Shown here: positions 22,222-34,006 of the stretch, in pieces
How positions within the stretch are numbered: position 1 is the stretch's first letter
Layout: the number at the start of each line of letters is the position of its first letter
NCBI RefSeq assembly: GCF_988243305.1
Contig: NZ_OZ547136.1
Direction: 5' to 3' (one strand)
Length of the DNA: 64,000 nt
The notes under the pieces: model-generated
What the model saw: only the letters and a program-made list of their open reading frames with translations
What the model was told of the DNA's origin: nothing
The model's database searches: none
Made by a program: the position numbers and the translations under genes

Positions 22222-23187
22222 TTACAGAATGTGACCTAAGGTCTGGCGTAAATGTGCACCGGAACCGAGAAGACCCGGATTGTCATGGACGATGAGATAC
22301 ACCGGAATATCATGGACATATTCTTTAAAGCGCCCTTTATCTTCAAATGCGGCACGGAAACCGGAGGCTTTGAAGAACTCAAGGAAGCGCGGCACGATAC
22401 CGCCCGCAATAAACACGCCGCCAAATGTCCCGAGATTGAGCGCCAGATTGCCGCCAAAACGGCCCATAATGACGCAAAACAGCGACAATGCGCGGCGGCA
22501 ATCGGTGCAGCTGTCAGCCAGCGCGCGTTCGGTAATATCTTTTGGCTTGAGATTTTCTGGCAGGCGGTTGTCGGCTTTCACAATTGCGCGATACAAATTC
22601 ACCAGCCCAGGGCCAGAAAGCACACGTTCCGCCGAAACATGACCAATTTCCGCACGCAATATTTCGAGGATAATGGCCTCTTCTTCACTGTTCGGCGCAA
22701 AATCAACGTGACCGCCTTCGCCTGGCAAGCTTACCCAACGCTTATCTACATGGACCAGATGCGCAACCCCAAGCCCCGTTCCGGCACCGTAAACCGCAAT
22801 AGGCTTACCTTCGACCGGTTCTGCGCCACCAAACTGAATCAGATGCTCTTTTTTCAGCATCGGGATCGCCATCGATACAGCGGTAAAATCGTTAATAATT
22901 TCCAGATGGCTAAAACCGAGATTCTTTTTCATTTCGGCAATTGAGAACGCCCAGGTATGGTTGGTCATTGCCACCCAGTCACCGGTAATTGGGCAAGCGA
23001 TGGCAATACAGCCGTCTTTCACCTCGACCTTATGTTCTTCAAGATAAACGCGAATGACCGCTTCGAGGCTGGGGTAATCAAGCCCTGAATAGGTCTTAGC
23101 CTGCGAGATTTCACCACTGGCAATATCACACAGAGCAAGACGTGCGTTGGTGCCGCCCACATCACCGACTAATGCATACTTTGTCAT
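22222..23187 (-). CDS. glk: Glucokinase
   Basis: 321 aa ORF with the ROK-like/glucokinase N-terminal ATP motif ([14 protein letters not shown]). Confidence 0.95.
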   Translation of the reverse strand: MTKYALVGDVGGTNARLALCDIASGEISQAKTYSGLDYPSLEAVIRVYLEEHKVEVKDGCIAIACPITGDWVAMTNHTWAFSIAEMKKNLGFSHLEIINDFTAVSMAIPMLKKEHLIQFGGAEPVEGKPIAVYGAGTGLGVAHLVHVDKRWVSLPGEGGHVDFAPNSEEEAIILEILRAEIGHVSAERVLSGPGLVNLYRAIVKADNRLPENLKPKDITERALADSCTDCRRALSLFCVIMGRFGGNLALNLGTFGGVFIAGGIVPRFLEFFKASGFRAAFEDKGRFKEYVHDIPVYLIVHDNPGLLGSGAHLRQTLGHIL

Positions 23188-23390
23188 TCTTCAACTGCTC
23201 CGCTAAAGTCAAAATAATTCTTTCTCACACTGTAAATACCTGGGGGCATAACAACAACGCCGGAAAGGCAGGCTCCCTGTAAATATCGATCTGGGTCACA
23301 CAATTACTTTATCGTTTCAGCACCAATTGCAGCGATGCCTTTTTGCAAGCTGGGCAAACTAAGTATCTGACCCCGCATAAGGAATAGAAT

Positions 23391-24647
23391 ATGCTCCATC
23401 CGCGAGCCAGAACCATGTTGTTATTATCGCTCCCCGCCGTGGCAATTGGGATTGCGTCCAGTCTTATTCTGATTGTGGTGATGAAAATCGCCTCGGCATT
23501 ACAGAATTTGCTCTGGCAACGACTGCCGGGAACTTTGGGGATAGCCCAGGATTCACCTTTCTGGATCATCGCCATATTAACGCTAACAGGTATTGCGGTG
23601 GGGTTGGTTATCCGTTTCAGCCAGGGGCATGCCGGACCAGACCCCGCCTGTGAACCGCTGATCGGCGCACCGGTTCCGCCCTCTGCGCTACCAGGGCTTA
23701 TCGTAGCATTAATTCTTGGTCTTGCTGGTGGCGTCAGCCTGGGGCCAGAACATCCGATCATGACCGTCAATATCGCCCTTGCGGTTGCCATTGGCGCTCG
23801 TCTGTTACCGCGCGTCAACCGAATGGAGTGGACTATTTTAGCCTCTGCCGGAACCATCGGCGCGCTGTTTGGCACACCTGTTGCGGCGGCGTTGATATTT
23901 TCGCAAACCTTAAATGGCAGTAGTGAAGTTCCGCTATGGGATCGTCTTTTTGCGCCGTTAATGGCGGCAGCAGCTGGTGCACTTACTACCGGATTATTTT
24001 TCCATCCCCATTTTTCACTGCCCATTGCGCATTACGGACAAATGGAAATGACCGATATTCTCAGCGGTGCAATTGTCGCGGCGATTGCCATCGCAGCAGG
24101 GATGGTCGCCGTATGGTGCTTACCACGGTTGCACGCGATGATGCATCAAATGAAAAATCCGGTGCTCGTGCTGGGTATTGGCGGATTTATTCTCGGTATT
24201 CTGGGGGTTATTGGTGGACCAGTTTCGCTGTTTAAAGGGCTGGATGAGATGCAGCAGATGGTGGCAAATCAGGCTTTCAGCACCAGCGATTACTTTTTGC
24301 TGGCGGTGATTAAACTTGCCGCCCTGGTCGTTGCTGCCGCCAGTGGCTTTCGCGGTGGGCGAATCTTCCCGGCAGTGTTTGTCGGGGTGGCATTAGGGTT
24401 GATGCTGCATGAGCACGTTCCCGCCGTTCCAGCGGCAATAACCGTTTCCTGCGCTATTCTCGGCATCGTGCTGGTGGTAACACGCGATGGCTGGTTAAGT
24501 CTTTTTATGGCGGCAGTCGTTGTACCCAATACCACATTGCTACCGCTGCTCTGTATCGTCATGCTTCCGGCATGGCTGTTATTAGCAGGTAAGCCGATGA
24601 TGATGGTCAATCGTCCGAAGCAACAGCCACCCCACGATAACGTTTAG
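23391..24647 (+). CDS. yfeO: Putative ion channel / ClC-like membrane protein YfeO
   Basis: 418 aa polytopic membrane ORF. Confidence 0.8.
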   Translation: MLHPRARTMLLLSLPAVAIGIASSLILIVVMKIASALQNLLWQRLPGTLGIAQDSPFWIIAILTLTGIAVGLVIRFSQGHAGPDPACEPLIGAPVPPSALPGLIVALILGLAGGVSLGPEHPIMTVNIALAVAIGARLLPRVNRMEWTILASAGTIGALFGTPVAAALIFSQTLNGSSEVPLWDRLFAPLMAAAAGALTTGLFFHPHFSLPIAHYGQMEMTDILSGAIVAAIAIAAGMVAVWCLPRLHAMMHQMKNPVLVLGIGGFILGILGVIGGPVSLFKGLDEMQQMVANQAFSTSDYFLLAVIKLAALVVAAASGFRGGRIFPAVFVGVALGLMLHEHVPAVPAAITVSCAILGIVLVVTRDGWLSLFMAAVVVPNTTLLPLLCIVMLPAWLLLAGKPMMMVNRPKQQPPHDNV

Positions 24648-24761
24648 CAAAAAATGCTCTCCTTTATGATTTAAGAGTTATGGCGATGATACGGGGCTTT
24701 ACCTCCCCGTAATATTGCGTTAACAGGCCGCTGACGGCTTCGATCGTGAAGGAGAATAACA

Positions 24762-25088
24762 ATGTTCAGGTCACTGTTTCTGGCGGCCGCCCTGATGGCA
24801 TTTACCCCGCTTGCGGCAAACGCAGGTGAAATCACCCTACTGCCATCAATCAAATTACAAATTGGCGATCGCGATCATTACGGCAATTACTGGGACGGTG
24901 GTCACTGGCGCGACCGTGACTACTGGCATCGCAATTATGAATGGCGTAAGAACCGCTGGTGGCGTCATGATAATGGCTACCACCGTGGCTGGGATAAGCG
25001 TAAAGCGTATGAGCGTGGCTATCGTGAAGGCTGGCGCGATCGTGACGATCATCGCGGAAAAGGCCGCGGACATGGACACCGCCATTAA
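24762..25088 (+). CDS. ypeC: Secreted low-complexity protein YpeC (Arg/Asp/Trp/His-rich)
   Basis: 108 aa ORF with a signal peptide, then repeated RDxxW/HR motifs and a C-terminal GHGHRH. Confidence 0.7.
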
Positions 25089-25112
25089 ACACATTCGCCA
25101 ATGGAGCACAAT

Positions 25113-25225
<113 letters not shown>

Positions 25226-25228
25226 CAA

Positions 25229-26476
<1,248 letters not shown>

Positions 26477-26479
26477 CTA

Positions 26480-26501
26480 AAACATAGCCTTTGCTATGTT
26501 T
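26480..26501. promoter_or_regulatory. MntR operator palindrome AAACATAGC-CTTT-GCTATGTTT in the mntH leader
   Basis: Perfect 9-4-9 inverted repeat about 13 bp upstream of the mntH start codon. Confidence 0.75.
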
Positions 26502-26516
26502 CATGCTATGCCAAAC

Positions 26517-26535
26517 GAGAATGATTATCAAATTC
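26517..26535. promoter_or_regulatory. Fur-box-like site GAGAATGATTATCAAATTC upstream of mntH
   Basis: Close match to the 19 bp Fur consensus GATAATGATAATCATTATC, adjacent to the MntR palindrome. Confidence 0.65.
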
Positions 26536-26802
26536 ATTTAAATGGGTTGTGGTGATTTCTCTGATAGACCAGGATTATGACTACGAAAAGATTGATGACT
26601 TGAATGTTATGGTTATGTTTAATGTTAGCACATTTACATAACTTTCAGCTTCCATACACAACATAGCAGAAATGTATGACAGCTCACTATTTTTGAAGCT
26701 TGTCACAGGACGTCATTATAGTGTGTGTCAGATCTCGTTTTCCTTAACCATGTTACATAGAATGTGCACGGAAATTTAACCTGCCTCATATTTGGAGCAA
26801 AT

Positions 26803-28005
26803 ATGGACCGCGTCCTTCATTTTGTACTGGCACTTGCCGTTGTTGCGATTCTCGCACTGCTGGTAAGCAGCGACCGCAAAAAAATTCGTATCCGTTATGT
26901 TATTCAACTGCTTGTTATCGAAGTGTTACTGGCGTGGTTCTTCCTGAACTCCGACGTTGGTCTAGGCTTCGTGAAAGGCTTCTCCGAAATGTTCGAAAAA
27001 CTGCTCGGATTTGCCAACGAAGGGACTAACTTCGTCTTTGGTAGCATGAATGATCAAGGCCTGGCATTCTTCTTCCTGAAAGTGCTGTGCCCAATCGTCT
27101 TTATCTCTGCATTGATCGGTATTCTCCAGCACATTCGCGTGTTGCCGGTGATTATCCGCGCAATTGGTTTCCTGCTCTCCAAAGTCAACGGCATGGGCAA
27201 ACTGGAATCCTTTAACGCCGTCAGCTCCCTGATTCTGGGTCAGTCTGAAAACTTTATTGCCTATAAAGATATCCTTGGCAAAATCTCCCGTAACCGTATG
27301 TACACCATGGCAGCAACGGCGATGTCCACCGTGTCGATGTCCATCGTTGGTGCATACATGACCATGCTGGAACCGAAATACGTCGTTGCAGCGCTGGTAC
27401 TGAACATGTTCAGCACCTTTATCGTGCTGTCGCTGATCAACCCTTACCGTGTTGATGCCAGCGAAGAGAACATTCAGATGTCCAACCTACACGAAGGTCA
27501 GAGCTTCTTCGAAATGCTGGGTGAATACATTCTGGCAGGTTTCAAAGTTGCCATTATCGTTGCCGCAATGCTGATCGGCTTTATCGCCCTGATCGCCGCG
27601 CTGAACGCACTGTTTGCTACCGTGACTGGCTGGTTTGGCTACAGCATCTCCTTCCAGGGCATCCTGGGCTACATCTTCTATCCGATTGCATGGGTGATGG
27701 GTGTTCCTTCCAGTGAAGCACTGCAAGTGGGCAGTATCATGGCGACCAAACTGGTTTCCAACGAGTTCGTTGCGATGATGGATCTGCAGAAAATTGCTTC
27801 CACGCTCTCTCCGCGTGCTGAAGGCATCATCTCTGTGTTCCTGGTTTCCTTCGCTAACTTCTCTTCTATCGGGATTATCGCCGGTGCGGTTAAAGGCCTG
27901 AATGAAGAGCAAGGTAACGTGGTTTCTCGCTTCGGTCTGAAGCTGGTTTACGGCTCTACCCTGGTGAGTGTGCTGTCTGCGTCAATCGCAGCACTGGTGC
28001 TGTAA
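26803..28005 (+). CDS. nupC: Nucleoside:H+ symporter (CNT family)
   Basis: ORF 26764-28005; I prefer the ATG at 26803 ([10 protein letters not shown]...), preceded by GGAG. 400 aa. Confidence 0.9.
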
Positions 28006-28014
28006 GACCATACA

Positions 28015-28046
28015 TAAAAAAGCCGGGGATCATTCCCCGGCTTTTT
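28015..28046. terminator. Bidirectional rho-independent terminator between nupC and pdeA (AAAAAAGCCGGGGAtcaTTCCCCGGCTTTTTT)
   Basis: GC-rich hairpin flanked by an A-tract and a T-tract between the convergent stops. Confidence 0.85.
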
Positions 28047-28054
28047 TACGCCTG

Positions 28055-30244
28055 TTAATCAGCTAATGGCTGCGGGCGACCAATCAAATACCCTTGCAGA
28101 TATTGCACCCCGAGCTTATGCAATAGCGCCTGCTGCTGTTGCGTCTCGACAAACTCCGCGACCACACTCAATGACTTCGCTTTCGCCAGATCGGTAATTG
28201 ATCTCACAATCATCGCATCCAGCGTATTCGTGACGATATCTTTCACAAAGACGCCATCAATTTTGATGATATCAGCCTGCAAACGCTTTAACCGTTCGTA
28301 GTTGGCATAACCGGTGCCAAAGTCATCAATCGCAATCCGGAAACCAAACTTATGCAGTTGCTCGATGTTGTACATGCTGCTTTCTGCGTTAGAAAACGCC
28401 TGCTCCTCGGTGATCTCAAGAATGACCGCCTGCGGGGAGATGTTATAACGCTTAAACAGACGAATAATCCGCCCGGCAATATTCTTTTGCAGCAGCGTGA
28501 GCGGCATTAAATTGACTGAAAAGCGCGGGCCTTTTTTGTCGCAAGGATGTGTTGCCAGCCACTTCAACAGGGATTCCAGCACTTGCAAATCAAAACGCGC
28601 GCTAAGGTTAAACTGAGCAATAAGGGGCAGAAACTTATCCGGGGTCATAATGCCACCGTCATATTTCAGTCGCGCGAGGATCTCATCATAACCTTCACCC
28701 TCTTTGTTGCGAATTGGCTGGGCGTAGAGCAGCAAATCACCCTGATCTAACGCCGTGCGAATGGTATTCAGCAATAGCACCTGTTTAGTGGTCTGCCCGG
28801 AAACCATCTCCTCTCTGCTATCCAGCGCCAGCACATGGTGATGTGCGCAGGATTGCTCCGCCAGCCAGCTTAACTGCCCCAACAAGGGTTGCAGGGTTTC
28901 CTGATTTCCATCAAAACGCCCCCAGGCAGCACCATAGCCCATATCCAGCCCAGTATTGTTCCAGTGAATTTGCCGACTATTCAGGATGTTAACCATATGC
29001 TGGAGTCGCCCTTCCGTTTCCGGTCCACTCAGCACTAACAGCAGTTCACTACCCGGCAATTGATACAACTTTTCGTTTTCCTGCATCAACGGCAGCAGCG
29101 TACGGTAAATTGAGCGGATACAGTGAACGCGCATCATTAAGCCGTAATGACGACTCATAAACTCAAGATTATCAATGCGCAGGCAGCAAAAACTCTTGCC
29201 CGCCTCTTGCTCCGGCGCTTGCTCCAACGCACGAAAGTTGGGTAGGAGCGTTAACGGATCGGTCAGCGCCTGCAAATGCCAGCGGCGATTAAGCCATTCA
29301 CTGCGATGATAAATGCGCACCATATAGAGCAGGCAAACGCTAAAGGAAATCAGCACCGCGAGAATAAATGCCAGCGAATATTCGGTTAGTACCCCTTGCA
29401 AAAAGTTCTGGTTGTAATTCAGCAGGCAAAGCGTTGAAACAGCCCAGGTGAGATTTAAAAACGGATAGCGAAGCTTACCGACACCGAGGGTAAAGATGAT
29501 AAAGAAAACAGGTACCAGGTAACCGGCAATAAAGTCATTCTCATACGGTGTGCACATCAGAAGTAGCAGCACGCTAAGAGCTGCCAGCCAGCTTAAGGTA
29601 AATGCGCGTTTCTCTTTGCTCAACGACGGAGCGATATCCCTGCGCCACAATATCTGCGCAAAGTGGGGACTTACAATCATGCGAGTGAGATAGTAGAAAA
29701 GCATGTTGTAAATCAGCACAGCGGTGAAAAGGCTTAGTAAATCAACGACTGTGAAAATGGCATCCGCATCGCCGAAAAAGGTGGATATCTTTAGCGGGAA
29801 ATCAAAAAAGCTCCCCACAAGATACATGCTGCATTTGATGCCGATCGGCGTCACCAAACCAAGCCAGAAAAGACGTTGCCAGACATATCGGCTGGTCAAT
29901 CCATAACGCCAACGCGTCCCCAGCTGCCAGCGTAATATTGCGCAGGCACACAACACAACAAACGTCTGGCTGCCGAGCATGACCGCGGTCTGTAAAAAAG
30001 AGAGATGAAAGTTCCACAGATTGGTGCAAAACATCCCGCATAAAACGGGAACGACACCGCGCCAGCCAAAGATAAACAAGATTGACAGCATTACGCACAG
30101 TGGCATCCACGCCAGAAAGATATAACTGGAATGGATAATGGCAAGTGGCGAAATAAAACGGGATAGCTGAATAAGTACCACGGTGAGCGTAAACGCTAGT
30201 GTGAATATCTTGATATTTTTTATCAGGTTATGCTCCACAAACAT
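28055..30244 (-). CDS. pdeA: c-di-GMP phosphodiesterase with MASE1 membrane domain, degenerate GGDEF and EAL domain
   Basis: ORF 28055-30304; the likely start is the ATG at 30244 (MFVEHNLIKN...). The EAL domain is in the C-terminal region. Confidence 0.85.
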   Translation of the reverse strand: MFVEHNLIKNIKIFTLAFTLTVVLIQLSRFISPLAIIHSSYIFLAWMPLCVMLSILFIFGWRGVVPVLCGMFCTNLWNFHLSFLQTAVMLGSQTFVVLCACAILRWQLGTRWRYGLTSRYVWQRLFWLGLVTPIGIKCSMYLVGSFFDFPLKISTFFGDADAIFTVVDLLSLFTAVLIYNMLFYYLTRMIVSPHFAQILWRRDIAPSLSKEKRAFTLSWLAALSVLLLLMCTPYENDFIAGYLVPVFFIIFTLGVGKLRYPFLNLTWAVSTLCLLNYNQNFLQGVLTEYSLAFILAVLISFSVCLLYMVRIYHRSEWLNRRWHLQALTDPLTLLPNFRALEQAPEQEAGKSFCCLRIDNLEFMSRHYGLMMRVHCIRSIYRTLLPLMQENEKLYQLPGSELLLVLSGPETEGRLQHMVNILNSRQIHWNNTGLDMGYGAAWGRFDGNQETLQPLLGQLSWLAEQSCAHHHVLALDSREEMVSGQTTKQVLLLNTIRTALDQGDLLLYAQPIRNKEGEGYDEILARLKYDGGIMTPDKFLPLIAQFNLSARFDLQVLESLLKWLATHPCDKKGPRFSVNLMPLTLLQKNIAGRIIRLFKRYNISPQAVILEITEEQAFSNAESSMYNIEQLHKFGFRIAIDDFGTGYANYERLKRLQADIIKIDGVFVKDIVTNTLDAMIVRSITDLAKAKSLSVVAEFVETQQQQALLHKLGVQYLQGYLIGRPQPLAD

Positions 30245-30416
30245 GAGTACACTACTCTCACTGATCGGGGTTTTCAGGCACACAAATAATAAGTTTATTC
30301 GCATCGCGAAGCAAACAGGGGCCAGCCTGTTGCCGATTTTTCATCCAATGATGCTTTCACCAGGCGGCGCTAACCCGGACGTAGACTGTATTACAAAAGC
30401 GGCAAAAAGCAGAGAC

Positions 30417-30442
30417 AAAAAACCCCCGCTTTGCAGCGAGGG
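30417..30442 (-). terminator. Terminator of the tRNA-Ala operon
   Basis: On the minus strand, CCCTCGCtgcaaaGCGGGGG is followed by TTTTTT, downstream of alaX. Confidence 0.6.
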
Positions 30443-30451
30443 TTGGAAATT

Positions 30452-30527
<76 letters not shown>

Positions 30528-30566
30528 ACGATGCGTTTACGTACCAAATTTGCTGGGTGCAAAATT

Positions 30567-30642
<76 letters not shown>

Positions 30643-30674
30643 GTCACGTAAAGCTTGTCGAGTTGACGGGCGGC

Positions 30675-30703
30675 ATCATATGAATTCCGCCCGAATGTGT
30701 CAA
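30675..30703 (-). promoter_or_regulatory. Sigma70 promoter of the alaW-alaX operon (TTGACA, 17 bp spacer, TATGAT, then GC-rich discriminator)
   Basis: Minus-strand reading gives TTGACA (30703-30698) and TATGAT (30680-30675) followed by GCCGCCCG, a stringent-type discriminator. Confidence 0.65.
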
Positions 30704-30877
30704 CGGCAAATTGCAACGTGTAGTTTCAATCGCTGAAAAATCAGGCAAATGAACAATTTTGGAAAACCGCTCGCATTCAGTAGTTATTCATGTCACGGTT
30801 TCCTGTAAAGTGGTGTTATAAAATGAACTACTAATAGACCCACATACATTCAGGGAATTGTTATGTTCAAGGAGAGG

Positions 30878-31222
30878 ATGACGCCAGATGAACTTGCCAG
30901 ACTGACCGGCTATAGCCGCCAGACCATTAATAAATGGGTACGCAAGGAAGGCTGGACAACGTCACCAAAACCAGGCGTCCAGGGTGGCAAAGCCCGACTG
31001 GTTCACGTCAATGAACAGGTTCGTGAATATATTCGCAATGCTGAACGTCCAGAAGGTCAGGGAGAAGCGCCTGCCCTGTCTGGTGATGCGCCGCTTGAAG
31101 TGTTGCTGGTGACACTGGCGAAAGAGATGACGCCAGTTGAACAAAAACAGTTTACATCCTTGCTTCTGCGGGAAGGGATTATCGGATTATTACAACGCTT
31201 AGGGATTCGCGATAGCAAATAA
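30878..31222 (+). CDS. yfeC: Small putative HTH DNA-binding protein YfeC (YfeC/YfeD family)
   Basis: ORF 30863-31222; alternative ATG at 30878 (MTPDELARL...). Paralogous to the adjacent yfeD. Confidence 0.75.
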   Translation: MTPDELARLTGYSRQTINKWVRKEGWTTSPKPGVQGGKARLVHVNEQVREYIRNAERPEGQGEAPALSGDAPLEVLLVTLAKEMTPVEQKQFTSLLLREGIIGLLQRLGIRDSK

Positions 31223-31223
31223 T

Positions 31224-31616
31224 ATGAAAAGATTACGCAATAAAATGACCACCGAAGAACTGGCTGAATGCCTCGGTGTGGCTAAACAAACTGTTAACCG
31301 TTGGATCAGAGAAAAAGGCTGGAAAACGGAAAAATTTCCTGGCGTGAAAGGCGGTCGTGCCAGACTTATTCTGGTCGATACGCAAGTTTGCGAGTTTATT
31401 CAGAACACGCCAGCCTTCCATAACACGCCGATGCTTCTGGAAGCCGAAGAACCCCTTGCCGAATACGCACCGGGGATTCGCACTCCTGCTTATCGGCAAA
31501 TCATCAGCGCAATAGACAACATGACTCACAGTGAGCAGGAAAAAGTTGCGCAATTTTTGTCACGCGAAGGAATTCGTAATTTCCTTGCTCGTCTCGACAT
31601 AGATGAATCAGAATAA
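31224..31616 (+). CDS. yfeD: Small putative HTH DNA-binding protein YfeD (paralog of YfeC)
   Basis: 130 aa ORF sharing the T-EELA...G-QT-N-W-R-GW-T...PGV-GG-ARL pattern with yfeC. Confidence 0.8.
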   Translation: MKRLRNKMTTEELAECLGVAKQTVNRWIREKGWKTEKFPGVKGGRARLILVDTQVCEFIQNTPAFHNTPMLLEAEEPLAEYAPGIRTPAYRQIISAIDNMTHSEQEKVAQFLSREGIRNFLARLDIDESE

Positions 31617-32325
31617 ATAAATATCCTCCGGCATAGCCGGAGGTTTTTCAAATGCGCCTATAAGGCTCTCTTACCAGCCGCGCCCTAACAGGCGCACACG
31701 ATCTGACATTTGCATCCAACTTCGTTACTTACGGCCCGTAAACGGGCTGCCCGGATAGGGAATCGATAACTGCTCTCCCATTTTATCCTCTTCAAGCTGG
31801 TGCTTTATGTAATCCTGTATCTTCGCCGTGTTCTTACCCACCGTATCGACGTAATACCCTCTGCACCAGAACTCCCTGTTCCTGTATTTGAATTTCAAAT
31901 CACCAAACTGCTCGTAAAGCATCAGACTGCTTTTCCCTTTCAGATATCCCATAAAGCCTGATACGCTCATTTTGGGCGGGATCTCCACAAGCATATGGAT
32001 ATGATCTGCACAGCATTCAGCTTCCAGAATCCGTACACTTTTCCACTCACACAGCTTTCTCAAAATACAGCCTATTGCTCTACGCTTCTCTCTGTAGAAC
32101 ACCTGTCTTCGGTATTTTGGCGCAAATACTATGTGATATTTACAGTTCCATCGGGTGTGCGCTAAGCTCTTTTCGTTCCCCATTGGGACCCCCTTTTGAT
32201 TTCTTGTTTGACACTTGCAGTTGCCAGACCGCAAGGTGTTTTAACAAATCAAAAGGGGTTTTAATAACTGGCTCAAAGCTGAAAGCTTTCCGGAACCCCC
32301 AGCCTAGCTGGGGGTTTTCTGTGCA
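31617..32325 (-). mobile_element. IS200 (IS200/IS605 family), complete copy of about 709 bp; boundaries approximate
   Basis: Contains an IS200 tnpA, a subterminal hairpin CCTCCGGCATAGCCGGAGG (31625-31643) at the transposase-distal end, and at the transposase-proximal end a GC hairpin (32296-32314) plus a long stem-loop that sequesters the tnpA RBS. No terminal inverted repeats, as expected for IS200. Confidence 0.75.
31725..32183 (-). CDS. tnpA: IS200 transposase TnpA (HUH/Y1 single-strand transposase)
   Basis: 152 aa from MGNEKSLAHTRWNCKYHIVFAPKYRR..., with the HUH motif (ADHIHML) and a catalytic Tyr region. The ORF-track start at 32234 is an in-frame upstream extension. Confidence 0.9.
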   Translation of the reverse strand: MGNEKSLAHTRWNCKYHIVFAPKYRRQVFYREKRRAIGCILRKLCEWKSVRILEAECCADHIHMLVEIPPKMSVSGFMGYLKGKSSLMLYEQFGDLKFKYRNREFWCRGYYVDTVGKNTAKIQDYIKHQLEEDKMGEQLSIPYPGSPFTGRK

Positions 32326-32329
32326 CAAT

Positions 32330-32363
32330 AAAAAACGGCAGGGGTATCTCTCCTGCCGTTTAT
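32330..32363 (-). terminator. gltX rho-independent terminator
   Basis: Minus-strand RNA reads AAACGGCAGGagagataccCCTGCCGTTTTTT, 15 nt downstream of the gltX stop. Confidence 0.85.
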
Positions 32364-32377
32364 CTTTTATGCGCTAA

Positions 32378-33793
32378 TTACTGCTGATTTTCGCGTTCAG
32401 CAATAAAAGCCAGCGCTTTGTTGATACGCTCGATACTGCGGGTCTTACCGATTGCGTGAACGGTAACATCCAGCGCCGGAGACTGCCCCGCACCGGTTAC
32501 GGCGACACGCAGCGGCATACCAACTTTACCCATCCCCACTTCCAGCTCATCCGCCGTCGCCTGAATAGCGTGATGAACGTTTTCAGCGGTCCAGTCAGTA
32601 ATCGCGGCCAGTTTGTCACGAACCACTTCCAGCGGCTGACGCGCTACCGGACGCAGATGTTTTTTCGCGGCGTCGGCATCGAACTCAGCAAAATCTTCGT
32701 AGAAATAGCGGCAGCTCTGTGCCATCTCTTTCAGCGTCTTGCAGCGTTCACCCAGTAGTTTCACCAGATCAGCCAGCTGCGGGCCGTTACGGGTATCGAT
32801 ATTTTCCTGCTCAATGTGCCACTGTAAGTGAGTAGCAACATACTCCGGCGGCAGCGCGTTAATGTAGTGATGGTTCAGCCACAGCAGCTTGTCGGTGTTG
32901 AACGCACTGGCAGATTTGCTGACGGCATTCAGAGTGAAGTATTTGATCATCTCTTCACGAGTGAAGATTTCCTGATCGCCGTGGGACCAGCCCAGACGCA
33001 CCAGATAGTTCAGCAGTGCTTCTGGCAAATAACCGTCATCACGATACTGCATTACGCTGACCGCCCCGTGACGTTTGGACAGTTTTTTGCCGTCATCGCC
33101 GTTGATCATAGAAACGTGCGCGTAAACCGGTACCGGCGCTTTCAGTGCTTTAAGAATGTTGATCTGGCGTGGCGTGTTGTTGATATGGTCTTCGCCACGG
33201 ATAACGTGGGTGATTTCCATATCCCAGTCGTCAACCACCACACAGAAGTTATAGGTTGGAGAACCATCGGTACGACGGATAATCAGATCATCCAGCTCCT
33301 GGTTGCTGAATTCGATCGGACCACGGATCTGATCGTCAAAAACAACAGAACCTTCCTGCGGGTTAGCAAAACGTACAACACACGGTTCATCATCAGCATG
33401 ATGCTCATGGCTGTGGCGGCAGCGACCGTCATAACGCGGCTTCTCACCTTTCGCCATTTGCTCTTCGCGCAGCGCTTCCAGGCGCTCTTTAGAGCAATAG
33501 CATTTATAAGCAGTGCCCTCTTCCAGCATCTGATCGATCACCGCGTTGTAGCGATCAAAACGTTTGGTCTGGTAGTACGGACCTTCATCCCACTCCAGGC
33601 TCAGCCAGTTCATGCCATCCATAATGGCTTCGATAGCTTCCGGCGTGGAACGCTCAAGATCGGTGTCTTCAATACGCAGCACGAACTCACCGCCGTGGTT
33701 ACGTGCAAAAAGCCAGGAGTAAAGAGCAGTACGCGCGCCGCCAACGTGCAGATAGCCTGTTGGGCTTGGCGCGAAGCGAGTTTTGATTTTCAT
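32378..33793 (-). CDS. gltX: Glutamyl-tRNA synthetase
   Basis: 471 aa class I aaRS with a HIGH-type motif ([14 protein letters not shown]) and a KMSKS-type motif (KLSKR). Confidence 0.95.
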   Translation of the reverse strand: MKIKTRFAPSPTGYLHVGGARTALYSWLFARNHGGEFVLRIEDTDLERSTPEAIEAIMDGMNWLSLEWDEGPYYQTKRFDRYNAVIDQMLEEGTAYKCYCSKERLEALREEQMAKGEKPRYDGRCRHSHEHHADDEPCVVRFANPQEGSVVFDDQIRGPIEFSNQELDDLIIRRTDGSPTYNFCVVVDDWDMEITHVIRGEDHINNTPRQINILKALKAPVPVYAHVSMINGDDGKKLSKRHGAVSVMQYRDDGYLPEALLNYLVRLGWSHGDQEIFTREEMIKYFTLNAVSKSASAFNTDKLLWLNHHYINALPPEYVATHLQWHIEQENIDTRNGPQLADLVKLLGERCKTLKEMAQSCRYFYEDFAEFDADAAKKHLRPVARQPLEVVRDKLAAITDWTAENVHHAIQATADELEVGMGKVGMPLRVAVTGAGQSPALDVTVHAIGKTRSIERINKALAFIAERENQQ

Positions 33794-34006
33794 GAAATGG
33801 CCTTACGTTTAGAAAGATGCCGACAACCGGCAAATCCTGGAAAAATTGAGTGGGCGATATTCTATCACTCCCGCCTGATTCCTCAATGTAGTTCGGGTTG
33901 CAACCTTACGCATTATTGTTTTCGTTGACAAATTGCGCAACACGGTCTGTTTTGCGATCATCTTGCTTAAATTTACGACGAACGAACAATTTCTTTAGAA
34001 AATGCG

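Noticed and set aside
32828-33928. 366 aa ORF antisense to gltX
   Set aside because: Shadow ORF on the opposite strand of gltX; composition mirrors the sense gene.
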